Shown here one piece after another: positions 51,060 through 64,000 of a DNA stretch of 64,000 nt; within the stretch, counting starts at the first letter, position 1; each line of letters starts with the position of its first letter. The notes beneath the pieces are model-generated. The model was not told the origin of the DNA and did no database searches. It worked only from the letters and a program-made list of their open reading frames with translations. The stretch is from Lama glama (lineage: Eukaryota): positions 23,004,001-23,068,000 of the forward strand of contig CM052832.1 in NCBI GenBank assembly GCA_028534125.1, given 5' to 3'. The translations under genes were made by a program, and so were the position numbers.

Positions 51060-52970
51060 GTCAGATCTGTATTTACTGATTTCTAGAAATGTCTACAATA
51101 TATTGATAAGTGAAAAAAGGACACTACAGAATAATGCATGTATTAAAATAAACCATGTCTTTACTAACAACCAACCAAATCCCCTTACATAATATGCCAT
51201 ATATACTCATTTGGACAAGGAAAAAGGTGTAGAAGGATGTATATCATACCACTAAAACTGATGTCCACAGCGGAATGACAGGCATAGGCAGGAAGCAGGC
51301 AAGGGAAGACAATTCACTTTGCGTCTATACATTTCGTATTGTATCATTTTATGTATTATAACAAGAATGTATTATAATTTTAAAATACCTAATAAAGACA
51401 TTTTTAAAGTAAAAAGCATTTTCTGAACATTTCTTATTCTTTCCTTTCAATAAATTCCTAGATGGGGTGAAAAAAAAGGTATAAAAATATGTACATAAAG
51501 GAGATTATATATAATACATTTTATATACGTATTACATATATATGTTATTATATGTGCTACTACCAGCAACATACAAAGAAAAGTATATATTTCTCCATAA
51601 CTTTGCCAAAACTGGATATTCACATTTTCAAATTATAGAATGAAATTTTAAACGTTTATATTTGATTTAATCTGATTCTATTACTTATAAAAATGAACTT
51701 TTGGACCACTTGCTACCCTTGTGGGATAAAACAGTCTCTTTTTAAAAGGAGGTTATTTTATTGATTTTTGTGTGGACTTTGTATTATTAATGATATTTAT
51801 AATGATGTATATTAATTAGTTGATACTAACCATTTGTCATATGTTGCAAATACATTTCCCTTTTGTCATTTTACTTTTCATTTCACTTAGGATGTTTTTA
51901 AATGTAAAGTGTAGAAGACATTCCTAGTGATCAGCACTTGGTTTTTGCTATTTCTTATTATAAATGAAATTATTCCTGAAAATGACTTTCAATGTTTGAT
52001 ATTTATAGTTGCAATAATTACTGAAAAAGCACCCTTTTCCTTCTGAAGTCCAGGAAAAGAACCCAAAATTATTTTAATTTTCAGCAAATTAGATGCTTAC
52101 TTAATTATAATGTCACAGAAGCTCATATTTTCAATATATACAAAAATGTCAATATTTGAGGAAAAGTTCATCCTTATAATAAGTTTATCCCTTTTCCCAG
52201 AAGTTTCTTAAATATTCTTTCCAATTTATTATTCAATATACATTTGGAAGCATTTTGTTTAAAACATTATGCTTAGATTTTCAGACTTTTACTGGAATCG
52301 TATTCACATGAGAAATGAATTTAGGGAAACTGCTTCTCTATAAATCCTCACCACAATATTTTACTCTACTTATTAAAATTTCCTGTCATTCAGTAAACTT
52401 TTGATTTAGCTACATTTTTTGTTAATTTATTCCTGCCTGTGTTTTACATATTTGTTATTCTTTGGCCTACATTTTTTCACTAGATATTCTGAATGTTTAT
52501 TCCAGGTTTCTAGTGAGGTTACTAATTTCTGCGTGTTTTTAATCTGGCCATATAGCTGAGCTATGTTTTAATGTGATTATCAATTTTGTTTTCTTGAATT
52601 TCCTGGCTCTACCCACCTATAATTGTGAGAATTCTGTATTCTCCCTTCCCATAGGCATTTTGATTGCCATGGCTTTCTACCTCAGTGCATTAGTAACCTC
52701 CAGAATAATGTAAAATAATCATGATAGTAGCGGGCGTCTTTGCCAGTTGCTGAACTCTCTGGGACTGTATCATCACTATGCATCACACTGACTTCTACTA
52801 TAGAATGTGTAGCTTTTTAATATCAAGGTATCTAGTTTGCTAAGATTTTATTTTTAATGAAGAATGTTAACTGACTTTTGGTGCCTTTTTAGAACCTATT
52901 AAGGTGCTTATTAAGCTTTTTGTTACCCCTTTTTGATTAATTAATTTGATATAGTAATAGTTTAAAAATA
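51060..52970. mobile_element. Highly degraded old L1 (L1ME/L1M5-like) fragments, both orientations
   Basis: ATAAGTGAAAAAAGG..TACAGAATAATG (plus); TCATATGTTGCAAATACATTTCCC and ATGATAGTAGCGGGCGTCTTTG (minus). Confidence 0.55.
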
Positions 52971-52978
52971 CTAAATCA

Positions 52979-54658
52979 GGGGGAACGATCAAGATGGCTG
53001 AGCAGGAGGACATGGAACTAACCTCCCACTATGAACACATCAAAAATACATCTAGATGTGGAACAATTCTCACTAAAAGCTAACTGGAAACTGGCAGAAA
53101 GCCTCTATAACCAAGGCTGTAAGAAAGATACACAAATCAGGTAGAAAGGGGAGAAAAGTGATCAGATTGGGACCTGTGCCTCTGGGAGGGAACTCAGAGG
53201 AAACTGGGAGCATACTCGGGCAGAGACCCACCCTGGGGAGGAAGCAGCAAGAGCCACAGACTGGACACCCCAGTCCTGAGCTCCTACAAAGGGGAGACAA
53301 CCCTTGGCTGGTTGGAGGACCACTGGGACTACCAGGAGAGCTGTGGGAAGCCTGAACTTCACTCCTAAGAAGCATGCCTGCACTGGCTTGCCCCAGAGGT
53401 AGGGCCTAGGAGGCAGTCAGAGGATCACACTCTTTGGCATAAATCATAGCAATATTTATGTAGATCTGTCTCCTAAGGTGAAAGAGATAAAAGCAAAATA
53501 AACCAATGAGACCTAATTAAACTTAAAGGCTTCGGTATAGCACAGGGAACCATAAACAAAACAAAAAGACAAGGGGAGAAATTATTTGCAAAAGATATGA
53601 CCGGCAAGTGGTTAATAGCCAACATAATATCCAACAGCTCATACAACTCAATATCAAAAAAACCCGCAAACAACCCAATCAAAAAATGAGCAGAAGACCT
53701 AAACAGACGTTCTTCCAAAGAAGACATACAGATGGCTAATAAGCACATGAAAAGATGCTCAACATCACTAATTATTAGAGAAATGCAAATCAAAACCACA
53801 ATGAGATATCACCTTACACCTGTCAGAATGGCTATCATCAAAAAGTCTACAAATCACAAATGTCGGTGAGAATGTGGGGAAAAAGGAAACCCTTGTACGC
53901 TGTTGGTGGGAATGTAAATTGGTGCAGCCAGCAAGGGAAACAGTATGGAGGTTGCTCAAAATACTGAAAATAGAACTACCATATGATTCCACTACCAGCA
54001 ATTCCACTCCTGGGAATATACCTGGAAAAAAACAAAAACACTAATTTGAAAAGATACATGCAACCCAATGTCTATAGCAGCACTGTTTACAACAGCCAAT
54101 ACATGAAAACAACCCGTGTCCATAAACAGATGACTGGATAAAGAAGATGTGGTGTGTGTGTGTGTGTGTATATCACACACAATGGAATATTACTCAGCCA
54201 TAAAAGAATGAAATTCTGCCATTTGCAGCAACATGGACAGACCTAGAGAATATTAGAATATTACTAACCCTATTAGTGAAATAAGTCAAACACAGAAAGA
54301 CAAATACTGCATAATATCACTTGCATGTGGAATCCAAAAAATAAAACAAACAAATGTATATAGCAAAATAGAAACAGACTCACAGATATAGAAAACAAAC
54401 GAGTGGATACCAGTGGGGAGAGGGAATCAGTGAAGAGCAAGATATGGGTATGGGATTAAGAGGTATAAACTACTATGTATAAAACAGAAAAGCAATGAAG
54501 ATATATTGACAGCACAGGGAATTATAGCTATCATTTTGTAATAATTTTTAATGGAGTATAATCTATAAAAGTACTGAATCACTATGCTGTATATCTGAAA
54601 CTAATACAATATTGTAAATTAACTGCGCTTCAATAAAAAAATACAAATTAAAAATTTT
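52979..54658 (+). mobile_element. 1.68-kb L1: 5' UTR fused to late ORF2/3' UTR, 13-bp TSD
   Basis: Begins GGGGGAACGATCAAGATGGC (L1 5' end with YY1-type AAGATGGC); switches at ~53423 to ACACTCTTTGGCATAAATCATAGCAAT (late ORF2); AAATACTAAATCA at 52966-52978 and 54659-54671. Confidence 0.9.
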
Positions 54659-56513
54659 AAATACTAAATCATTCTTGCATCCTTTAAATAAAACCTAACT
54701 GTCATCCGTTTCGGTGGCTATAAATAGAGGTAAACCTCATTTCTTTCCATTTGCCTGATACATCTTTTCCCATTTTCCTACTTAAAATACTTCTAGTTAT
54801 TCGGTTTTAAGTCTCTCTATTAAGTGGAGCTTACTTTAAAATCTAATCCAAGGATCTGTATATACTAAATACACATTTACCTACCATTCCTGAAACACTT
54901 AGCATTACTGGTAATATCATGGTTATTACTTTAATTTTTAAAAATTGTTAGTCTTCCTTTGAACTATTTTGTTACATTAACTCTTAACGTTTTTGTTCTT
55001 TTTCCCCTAGACTTCCAGCCTATCTTAATTTTCCTTGTGATTAATTTAGGATGCTAAAATCATATCTGAAACTCTACTCTTGAGTGACCAAGAAGGAAAC
55101 TGTCTATTGACATCCTAGTTGCCATCATTTACTTCTCAGCCAAAGATGACTTCAAAGATAATTGATTTTTGTTCAAAACATATTACTTGTTTTTCTTAAG
55201 TTTTATTAGTCTTCTCTTTAAATAATTTTTAAACACTTGATTCTAATTTTTTTATTAATAATCTAATTCTGATTATCTTACTAATATTTGGACATGTGGT
55301 ATAAGAGCCTTCACTAATACTTTTATTCTTTGCCCTAGAGATATTTGATATGAGAAAGTTCATTGCAATCATCTGAAAACTTGTAAGATTTTTTTCCACT
55401 ATGTTTAAAAAATATTACCAGGATGAGACTTCAGCCTGTTTTTTATATAAATCTTATCCACCAATGAGCCCTTGAACTGGCAGATACAAAACTTCCTTCA
55501 ACTTAAGAAAGCTGCCTTCTCTTATTTCTCTGGTTAGCAGATTCCTGTTATACCCAGATTGGAACACCTTGATATCATGTTAGGCCAACTCATTTTTATA
55601 TATTTATCCTTTTCCTTTGAAAACTGGGTGAATATCACAAACATTTCATTCTACTTCCTTAATTCAATTTTATGCAGTGTATAATCTATTTGCTACTTTC
55701 ATTTCAGTTTCTGAAGTATCGATCATTTTTCACATTTCCAAGTATTATATACTAATCTCATATCTTTCCTTCTTTATGTCTGTGTTCTAAATTTAAGTAG
55801 ATACAATTTCCATTTGAAAATACAAAACATTCTAAAGTCTCCAGTTTATTGTGGGTTTTGAGGGGGTGGGGGATGGAGGGAAGGGGCAAGCCCTTTCTTT
55901 CTTCCTGCAGTTTCCCTTTGATGGCTCTTATGCTTTGTTCATTAGAGGAAAAGCCTTGTCATGATCTGGCCAGACATGTGCTGTGGAAGCTTTCGGCGAG
56001 TAAAATCACCCTGCACCCATTTTTGAGCAGTTTCTACCAAGTTGTCTTCCTGTGTCTCCGGTGGCAAGTAGCCTGACTTTACACCTCCACCCTGCAGACC
56101 ACTGCAGACTTTCAATAACGTGTCCTCTAATCACTGCGTTCTCAGAAGCCTCGTGCTCTCACAGGAAGAACGGTCATTCTTAAAAATTACTGAAACATGT
56201 ATGACGCTCTTTCTAGTTTTCCCGTGGAGGTAGGAATTTTTATCTATTTTTATATTTTTTGATCAATTCTACTGGAAACTGGAGAAGACAGTTTGATCCT
56301 TGATATGATCTAACCAAAATAACATTTATTTTTGAGTCTATAGATCATTTTGTTTTTGTGTACCAGGAACACATGCAGCTGTAACGAAAATAATTTACTT
56401 CTTTCAACCTCCAAATGGCTGCCTTTGAGGAGATAACAAGTCCCACAGCAAAACTGGCAGTATGATTTGTCAAAAAACTTAAGGAACTGTAGTTCACTTT
56501 TACAGAATTAAAC

Positions 56514-56958
56514 TTTTTTTTTTTACTATAGTATAATTAACATACATTCCATTAGTTTCAGGTGTACAACATGTGTCTACATTTCACAATGATCACCACA
56601 GTAAGTCTGTCATTATACAAAGATCTTTTTCCTTGTGATGAGAGCAACTTTCAAATTTGCAATATAGTGTTACTGACTATAGTCACCATGCTGTACACTA
56701 CTTATTTTATAACTGATGGTTTTTACCTCTTGATCCCCTTTACCTACGTCACCCTCCTCACAACACCCCTCCCCACCAGCAAACACCAGTTTGTTCCCTG
56801 TAACTGTAAGTTTTGTTTTTGTTCTTTTTTTTTCTTTTTAAGAATGAAATCTTATTATTTGTGACAACACGGATGGACCCTGAAGGCATGATGCTTAGTG
56901 AAGTAAGTCAGACACAAAAAGACATGACTTCACTCATATGTGGAATCTAAAAAACAAT
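56514..56958 (-). mobile_element. Short L1 3' end with 5' inversion
   Basis: Poly(T) plus minus-strand 3' UTR at 56514-~56838, then a plus-strand upstream segment (GACAACACGGATGGACCCTGAAGGCATG..GTGGAATCTAAAAAA); TSD-like AGAATTAAAC / AGAGTTAAAC. Confidence 0.85.
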
Positions 56959-57504
56959 AGAGTTAAACGCTTTATATGTAAATATTACTAATAGGATATA
57001 ATGATTTGAATCAGTGTTCTTTTAATTTTCAAAAGGCTTTTATATACTTTACATTTTACTTTCACATCAGCATTACAGCGTCATCTGGTAGGTAGGATAC
57101 ATGATAAGAAACACATTTTCAAATGAGAAGCCTATGATCCAGATAACTTACATAAGATTTACGCTGTCAGGCAGTGGCAAAGCCAAGACAGATATGAGTC
57201 TTTAATTAAAGTCTAACAAGACTGAGAACATTTACTTAATTTCTAATGATTCCAAATACTATGGATAAATTCCTCTTACTCCAGAACTATTTGGAGCCAT
57301 TCACTCAACTCATTCCTGTATCAGATCCCTTATTGATGAATTTAATTATTGATCTCTTGGCCCTACAAGATAAGGTTTACAAGGTATTAAGATAGACCAC
57401 TGAAAGAAAATACAACATGGTCTTTTTATTTCTGAAAGAAATGAGAAAATTGACCTTATTTTAGTGGACATGAGACATTTTGGCTGCCCAGCAACTAAAC
57501 TCAT

Positions 57505-58006
57505 TATGGCAGATTAAAGATGGCAGAAAATTCTTAAATTTTCCTCCCATCAAAAGGTGTAGCCCATGTCCTTTCTTTTTGAACCCGGACTGTCTCTGAT
57601 TGCTTTGACTAATAGAAACAGCAGAAGTGACCCTGTTTGTTTCCAGGCCAAAGCCTTTAAAAACTGGTAGCTTCTACTTCCTGTCTTTTGGAACACTCTC
57701 TCCCTAAGACCCATGTAAGTATGAAAACCCTGAGACCACCAAGCTGGGGAGGCCCTGTGCAGACACGAATGAACAGTCCCAGCTGAGCCTAGCTTTCCAG
57801 GTGTTCCCAGCAGGACACCAGACATGTGATTCTCCAGACCTGATCAGGTACCCCCACTGATCGACTTTAGCTGATAACATGTGGAACATAAAAGTCACCT
57901 AGCTAAACTCTGCCCCCAAAAATCATCATCTGACAATAAAATGATTGTTATTTTAAGCCACTAGGCTTTGGCATAAATTGGCATGCAACAGCAGACAGCC
58001 AAAATA
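57505..58006 (+). mobile_element. MaLR solo LTR (MLT1G/H-like), TSD CTCAT/CTAAT (4/5)
   Basis: TATGGCAGATTAAAGATGGC..AATAAAATGATTGTTATTTTAAGCCACTAGG. Confidence 0.85.
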
Positions 58007-58261
58007 CTAATCTTCCTATTTGAATGGAGTCCGAGGATAGCTGAAAAGCAGGGCCCCGCTTTCTACCACGGCAAACTGAAGGCAGAAAATACTTCTTCAC
58101 ATACTTGGTAATTAGAGTGCAAGTGTGTGACCTGAGTTTAGTCAACTAAAAGTTCTAGTTTAGGAGTCTAAACTCTGAGAGAGTGACTCAAGGTAGAAGG
58201 AAGGTTAAAGAAAATTCACTGTAGCTGCAACAAATCAAGAGTCATTGCATGCAAAAGACCA

Positions 58262-58512
58262 AGATTATTACAAGAAAATTCTGAAGAACAAGAATAAAGT
58301 GGAGGGACTTGCCTTTTCAATATCAAGGCTTGTTATTAAGGTATAGTAAATAAGATAGTGAGGCTTTGGCTCAGAAATAGACACATAGACCAATGGAACA
58401 GAATACAGAACCTAGAAGAACACACATGTGTGGAAAGTCTATCTGTGACATAAGAGGAATTCCAAATTAATGAAGAAAGGATGGCTTGTTCAATAAATAG
58501 TGCTACCTGGGG
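58262..58512 (+). mobile_element. Old L1M ORF2 fragment
   Basis: AAGAATAAAGTGGAGGGACTTG..ATAGACCAATGGAACAGAATA..TTCAATAAATAGTGCT. Confidence 0.8.
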
Positions 58513-59710
58513 TCCACACAAAAACTACTAGAGCTGATCGAAGAATTCAGCAAGGTAGCAGGTTACAAGATTAACGTCCAAAAATCAGTTGCATTTCTTT
58601 ACACTAACGATGAATCAACAGAAAAAGAAAGTAAAGAAACAATTCCCTTTAAAATAGCACCCAAAGTAATAAAATACCTAGGAATAAATCTAACCAAGGA
58701 GGTGAAAGACTTATACATGGAAAACTATAAACCATTGATGAAGGAAATTAGAGAAGACTTTAAAAAATGGAAAGATATCCCATGCTCTTGGATTGGAAGA
58801 ATCAATATTGCTAAAATGGTCACACTGCCCAAGGCAATCTACAGATTTAATGCAATCTCTATCAAATTACCCAGGNNNNNNNNNNNNNNNNNNNNNNNNN
58901 NNNNNNNNNNNNNNNNNNNNNNNNNNNNNNNNNNNNNNNNNNNNNNNNNNNNNNNNNNNNNNNNNNNNNNNNNNNNNNNNNNNNNNNNNNNNNNNNNNNN
59001 NNNNNNNNNNNNNNNNNNNNNNNNNNNNNNNNNNNNNNNNNNNNNNNNNNNNNNNNNNNNNNNNNNNNNNNNNNNNNNNNNNNNNNNNNNNNNNNNNNNN
59101 NNNNNNNNNNNNNNNNNNNNNNNNNNNNNNNNNNNNNNNNNNNNNNNNNNNNNNNNNNNNNNNNNNNNNNNNNNNNNNNNNNNNNNNNNNNNNNNNNNNN
59201 NNNNNNNNNNNNNNNNNNNNNNNNNNNNNNNNNNNNNNNNNNNNNNNNNNNNNNNNNNNNNNNNNNNNNNNNNNNNNNNNNNNNNNNNNNNNNNNNNNNN
59301 NNNNNNNNNNNNNNNNNNNNNNNNNNNNNNNNNNNNNNNNNNNNNNNNNNNNNNNNNNNNNNNNNNNNNNNNNNNCTCATATGTGGAATCTAAAAAACAA
59401 AAACAAACAAAAACAAAGCATAAATACAGGACAGAAATAGACTCATGGACAGAGAATACAGACTTGTGGTTACCAGGGGGGTAGAGGGTGGGAAGGGATA
59501 GACTGGGATTTCAAAATTGTAGAATAGATAAACAAGATTACACTGTATAGCACAGGGAAATATACACAAAATGTCATGATAAATAACAGAAAAAAATGTG
59601 ACAATGAGTGTGTATATGTCCATGAATGACTGAAAAATTGTGCTGAACACTGGAATTTGAAAAACATTGTAAAATGATTATAAATCAATAAAAAATGTTC
59701 AAAAAAAAAG
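58513..59710 (+). mobile_element. Young camelid-type L1: open ORF2 RT-region segment, gap, then 3' UTR
   Basis: Uninterrupted frame [64 protein letters not shown]; 3' UTR and poly(A) after the gap. Confidence 0.95.
58876..59375. other. Assembly gap (500 N)
   Basis: N run. Confidence 1.
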
Positions 59711-59924
59711 AAACAAATGATTATCATAAATATAACACTGAATGAAGAAATCAGGCTGCAGAAAACATGTCAAATATGATACCATTCAATAAAGTTTTTT
59801 TTTAAAGGAAACTAAGCACTATGCACATATGAACATAGTAAATCTATTTTGGAGTAAGAAAATAATAAATAGCAAATTTCAGATAGTTATTATACAATGG
59901 AGTAGGGAGGGGAATATTTTTCCA

Positions 59925-60920
59925 TTAATGATCTATTAATGTGGCTTATGATGTTAATGGATTTCCTAATACTAAATAATGTAAGTATGCCATTATTCTC
60001 CTAATGTAGTATTTAGACTATGTTTGCTAATATTTATTTGGAATTTTGCATTAATATTAATAAGTGATACTGGCTTATAAATTTCTTTATCTGTGTGTGG
60101 AGACTAAATTTACTAGATTTAGATAACATGCTGTGGAAGTTTTCCATCAGTTTCTATGTGAACTGAAACAAATTATATAGGATCAAGACTATCTGAGTTT
60201 GGTAGAATCTACTGTGAAACTATCTGGGTCTCAAATTTCATGTGGGGTACTACCTTGAGAACTATATTTACAGTAAGAAATTGGTCTAAATGTTCTCTCT
60301 TCAAGGATAAGACGATTTAGCAAAACTGGTCTCATCCTTGAAAATTACCAATCTGGGTTTTCAAATTTATTGGCCTAGAAGTCTGAAAACAGTATCAGTA
60401 TTTTGAAAATTTCTTCTATTTCAATGTTTATTTCTCCCTTACCATCTCTTTATTTGTGTACGCATATATTCTTTCTCCCTTTTCCCCTTAAGTTAGCTGG
60501 TGGTTTCTTTAAATTTATTAATTTTTTTCAAAAAATTAATTTTGATAAATTAATTAGATCTTATTATTAGATCTACTGTTTTTCTATCCCTCATTAATTT
60601 TTGCTTTTGTTTTTGTCAGTTTTCTTTGATTTTTTTTTTACTGTACTTGTGTGTAACTGATTTCTCTCTTTTTTTTTTGACTTTTTATTTTATTTACTTT
60701 ATTGTTTTTTCCTCACTTTTCCAGCTGAGAATTTAGTTCCTTTGTTTTCACTATCACTTTTATTGATAAAAGTGTTTAGTTCTAAGACGTTTCCTCTAAC
60801 TGCTTCAGATGTATCCCATAAATTCTAAGGTATAATATCCTAATAATCATTACTTCTTAGATATTCTATAATTTGTTTGCATTTTTCATTTCACCCACGA
60901 GTTTAAAAGAAAGCCTTCAA
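59925..60920 (-). mobile_element. Very old L1M/HAL1-like fragment
   Basis: TTTGCTAATATTTATTTGGAATTTTGCATTAATATT..GGTAGAATCTACTGTGAAACTATCTGGG..GTATCCCATAAATT. Confidence 0.6.
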
Positions 60921-62914
60921 TGTCCAGGTTTAATTTTAGTTCTTCCATCTCCCCTCCGCTTTTACGGCTCATGTGGCTGGAGTGAGAGGTGGCAAGAACT
61001 GGGACACTACTCCCTCTCCAGAAGACACTTGTGTCAGGGGTTTCAGTTGATTCTGCTGAAATTTGCAGTACGTTTTTCTATTTAAAAATGATTTAAAGTT
61101 GGTGGTGTTATTTTTCTTCTGGTTGGGCTAACATTATGGGTTTTGTGGATTATATTTTTTCTTGTTGACCTATATAGTTTTTTTGGAGAATATGTGGAGA
61201 AATTCAGATTTAGTAACAACCATTTTCCTGGGCTACCTGGAAGTCTCCGCTGTTGTTTTCAACCTAAAAATTCCATTCCTTTGATCCAAAATTTTAATAT
61301 TTGACATTTAATTGATATGAGTATCTTGCAAGTTCCTTGTTTCTCTGATCATTTTTCCTTTCCCTGGATGCCAAATGTAACCTCCAACCTTAAAGCTATC
61401 ATCGACTCAAAGAATTCAGGAATTACCCAGTCCCTACAACTGATCCAAAATCAAACAAAGAAACCTAAAAATGGCTATTCAGGCTCTGATTTTTTATTTT
61501 TAAGACAACATAGCCAATATTTATAAAGTTATATTTTGGGGGTTTGGGTTTAGAATAAGTGAAAAATATACTCCTGGGAATTTCTGCCCATTGGTCTCAT
61601 TTCAACCTAGTATGGATATCCAGGCATATGTTGTACTCCAGAGAACACAGGAATGGTACAGAATAAACACAAATGCTTTTTTTCCTGGAGATATGAAGGG
61701 AAGAAAGAAAACCCATCATTTTACATTATACTAACACAAACATAAATGATGAAGAAGACGGTAACATTTGGATAATATTTTTAAATGAAATATGCGTTCT
61801 CAAAGAAATTCGACAAGTATCATTAAGGATACTTCAGTGGAAAATCTGAGAAACACTTCTCATCCAGAGTAACAGAAAAAAAATCGTTTGTCTTGTATAT
61901 AAAGATTGCACATATGGCCTCCAGTGTTTTCATGTCTCCTAAAAATTTTCTGTTCATAATGAGCACTGTTATTTTCCTCTAATTGTTCTCTATATGACAA
62001 GACTTTTCATAGCATTAACTATCCCAGTCTTACTTCATTATTTAATCTCTATTTGCAAAAAAAATAAAATTCCTAGAGCAGTTATACCAATCCAGATATC
62101 ACCAGATATTCTTACATGGCCTTATATATGCTTTTACGTTTGTAGTCTAACACCTAATTAGAATTGTTTTTAACTCTTGCATCCCAGGTTTGGTTCTTAT
62201 TACATCTGAAACTGCCAGGTATTTCTGATGTGCATTATTCTGTAAGTATGTGCATACATAAATGTATCTACATATTTTATATAGATACATACATACGTAA
62301 AAATACTTACACAACTAATTTCTTAAATATCACATTTGTTATCTATCCATTTATAGTTTATCTTGTCAATTTTGAATTCTTTTTCTAACTATTGAAATCA
62401 TTTTGAATCTTGAACCCAAAATCCAAGGGTGCAGCTGGGAGAGGAGATGAGGGTAGGTAGGAAAATAGTCCTTGTATTTTTTGAGTATTGGGCCTAAGAC
62501 TCCCCATGGTATTTACCAAGGAAATATTTCTTTAAACCAGCATTATGGATTTCCTCTACAGTGCAAGTAGGCTTCCCACAGATTAGGAAAAAAATGTTTT
62601 TTTTTAAGTATTGACTGAATTCTCTGATTTAAAAAAATGTGGTAAATAGGATATACGGAGATAGAAGCCCAGTGGCATTCAGCTAGAGGCCTCTCTCCAG
62701 GTAGACATCAATGTCTCTGGCAAAACTATGTATTCAGTTGCTGAGTTGTCTATGAAATCACCTCTCTTCATTACTCTCCATCTCACATTCCTCCATCTAA
62801 CCCACAAGAATATTACAAAATACTTTGTTTTTACATGTTGATTCTTGTTTTATTTGGTAGACTCCAGTGGATGCTCATTAACTGAAATAGGGCCTCTCCA
62901 AGCTACTTCCTTCT

Positions 62915-63009
62915 GGGGAGGGAAGGAAGGAAGAAGGAAAGAAAGAAAGAAGGAAGAAGGGAAGGGAGGGAGGAGGGAAGGGGAAAGAGGAAAAAAGAAA
63001 GGAAGAAAA
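62915..63009. repeat. Polypurine (GGAA/GAAA/GGGA) low-complexity tract
   Basis: About 95 bp of purines only. Confidence 0.95.
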
Positions 63010-63379
63010 TTTACTTCAGCATAGACCCTGGTTAATAACTTGACGTTGGGATTTCAGAATAAGGCAATTGTCTTTAAACAGACACTGGGAGAAACAGGAG
63101 AATTTCTCTCTAGTCAACAACTATGAAGATCTAGTCAGTGGGAAATCAACAATAACTTTCTTCCTAAGGAAGAATAGTGCTTGAAACAATGGCTTCATTA
63201 AATGATGTAAAAGGCAACTATAATATCACTGAGAAAATTTTGCTTTTTTAAAGAAATCAAAATTCAAACAGTGCCAAGAATCTGGTTATGATATATAGAA
63301 AGTTGTCATAGACAATTGCTCCTGCCACAGAAATGAGAAAGAATGCAGAAAAGAGGAACAACGTACCAAGGAACAGCTG

Positions 63380-63725
63380 GAACAAATTGCAAAATGGTAG
63401 ACTTACACTCAGCAATATTTGCATTATATGTAAATGGATTAAACAGTCCAAGTAAAGATAGGAATTTCCAGACTGGATCAAAAAATGACACAATCATATT
63501 CTCTTTACAAGACACACATTATTAAATGTGTAGCACAGATATGAGACTCTTAGGTTTACAGTAAGATAACAGAAAAAGCTATACCATGCAATTAATAATC
63601 TTAAAGTGTAGCTATATTATTATCAGCAAAGAAGACACCAAGACAAAAAATATCACCAAAAGTCAAGGTCAGGAGGACATAATTCTAGGCACAAATGCAC
63701 CTAGCAACATAACTTCAAAATACTC
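63380..63725 (+). mobile_element. Old L1 ORF2 endonuclease start, degenerate
   Basis: MVDLHSAIFALYVNGLNSP..LQDTH resembles the L1 EN N-terminus (NVNGLN..LQETH). Confidence 0.75.
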
Positions 63726-64000
63726 CTTAACAGATGCTCAGAAGCCACTTTCTGACACTTAATTTTCTGTTAGTGGGGTATAGAATAATCAGTGTAGGAC
63801 TCTCTCTTCAACATATTTTTATTGGTATTAACATATTTCATAACATGAAGTATCCCAGGGAAGGTGCCTCACCCATCTTTGACAATAATATTGGTAATGA
63901 TAATGGTAGTAACAGCAATGACTGCTCCTGCTGTTTGAATGCTTCCTTATCTTCCAGGTACTATGCCAAGAAGTATTCCTACTTTTTCCATGAAGATGCT

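Overview
AT-rich mammalian (eutherian) genomic DNA with three assembly gaps (27959-28058, 35792-36291, 58876-59375). The youngest L1 3' UTRs look like camelid (alpaca/camel) L1s as I recall them, and I saw no Alu, B1, BovB/Bov-A, CHR, PRE-1 or Can-SINE, so a camelid is my best guess (inference). I recognise no host protein-coding exon, RNA gene or CpG island, so the window is intronic or intergenic. The ORF track is explained by L1 ORF2 remnants, microsatellites, N-runs and chance ORFs. Content is a layered transposon fossil record (L1 of several ages, L2, L3/CR1, MIR, MaLR/ERVL/ERV1 solo LTRs, hAT-Charlie and Tigger DNA elements), interspersed with repeat-free blocks rich in homeodomain, GATA and AP-1 motifs, plus one strong CTCF motif. 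The most notable structures are a TSD-flanked 1.7-kb L1 whose 5' UTR is fused directly to late ORF2 (spliced or internally deleted), a twin-primed 5'-inverted L1, solo LTRs with intact TSDs, and nested insertions. I found no evidence of a novel multi-gene system. Repeat family names come from recalled consensus sequences and need RepeatMasker/Dfam confirmation; boundaries not fixed by a TSD are approximate.
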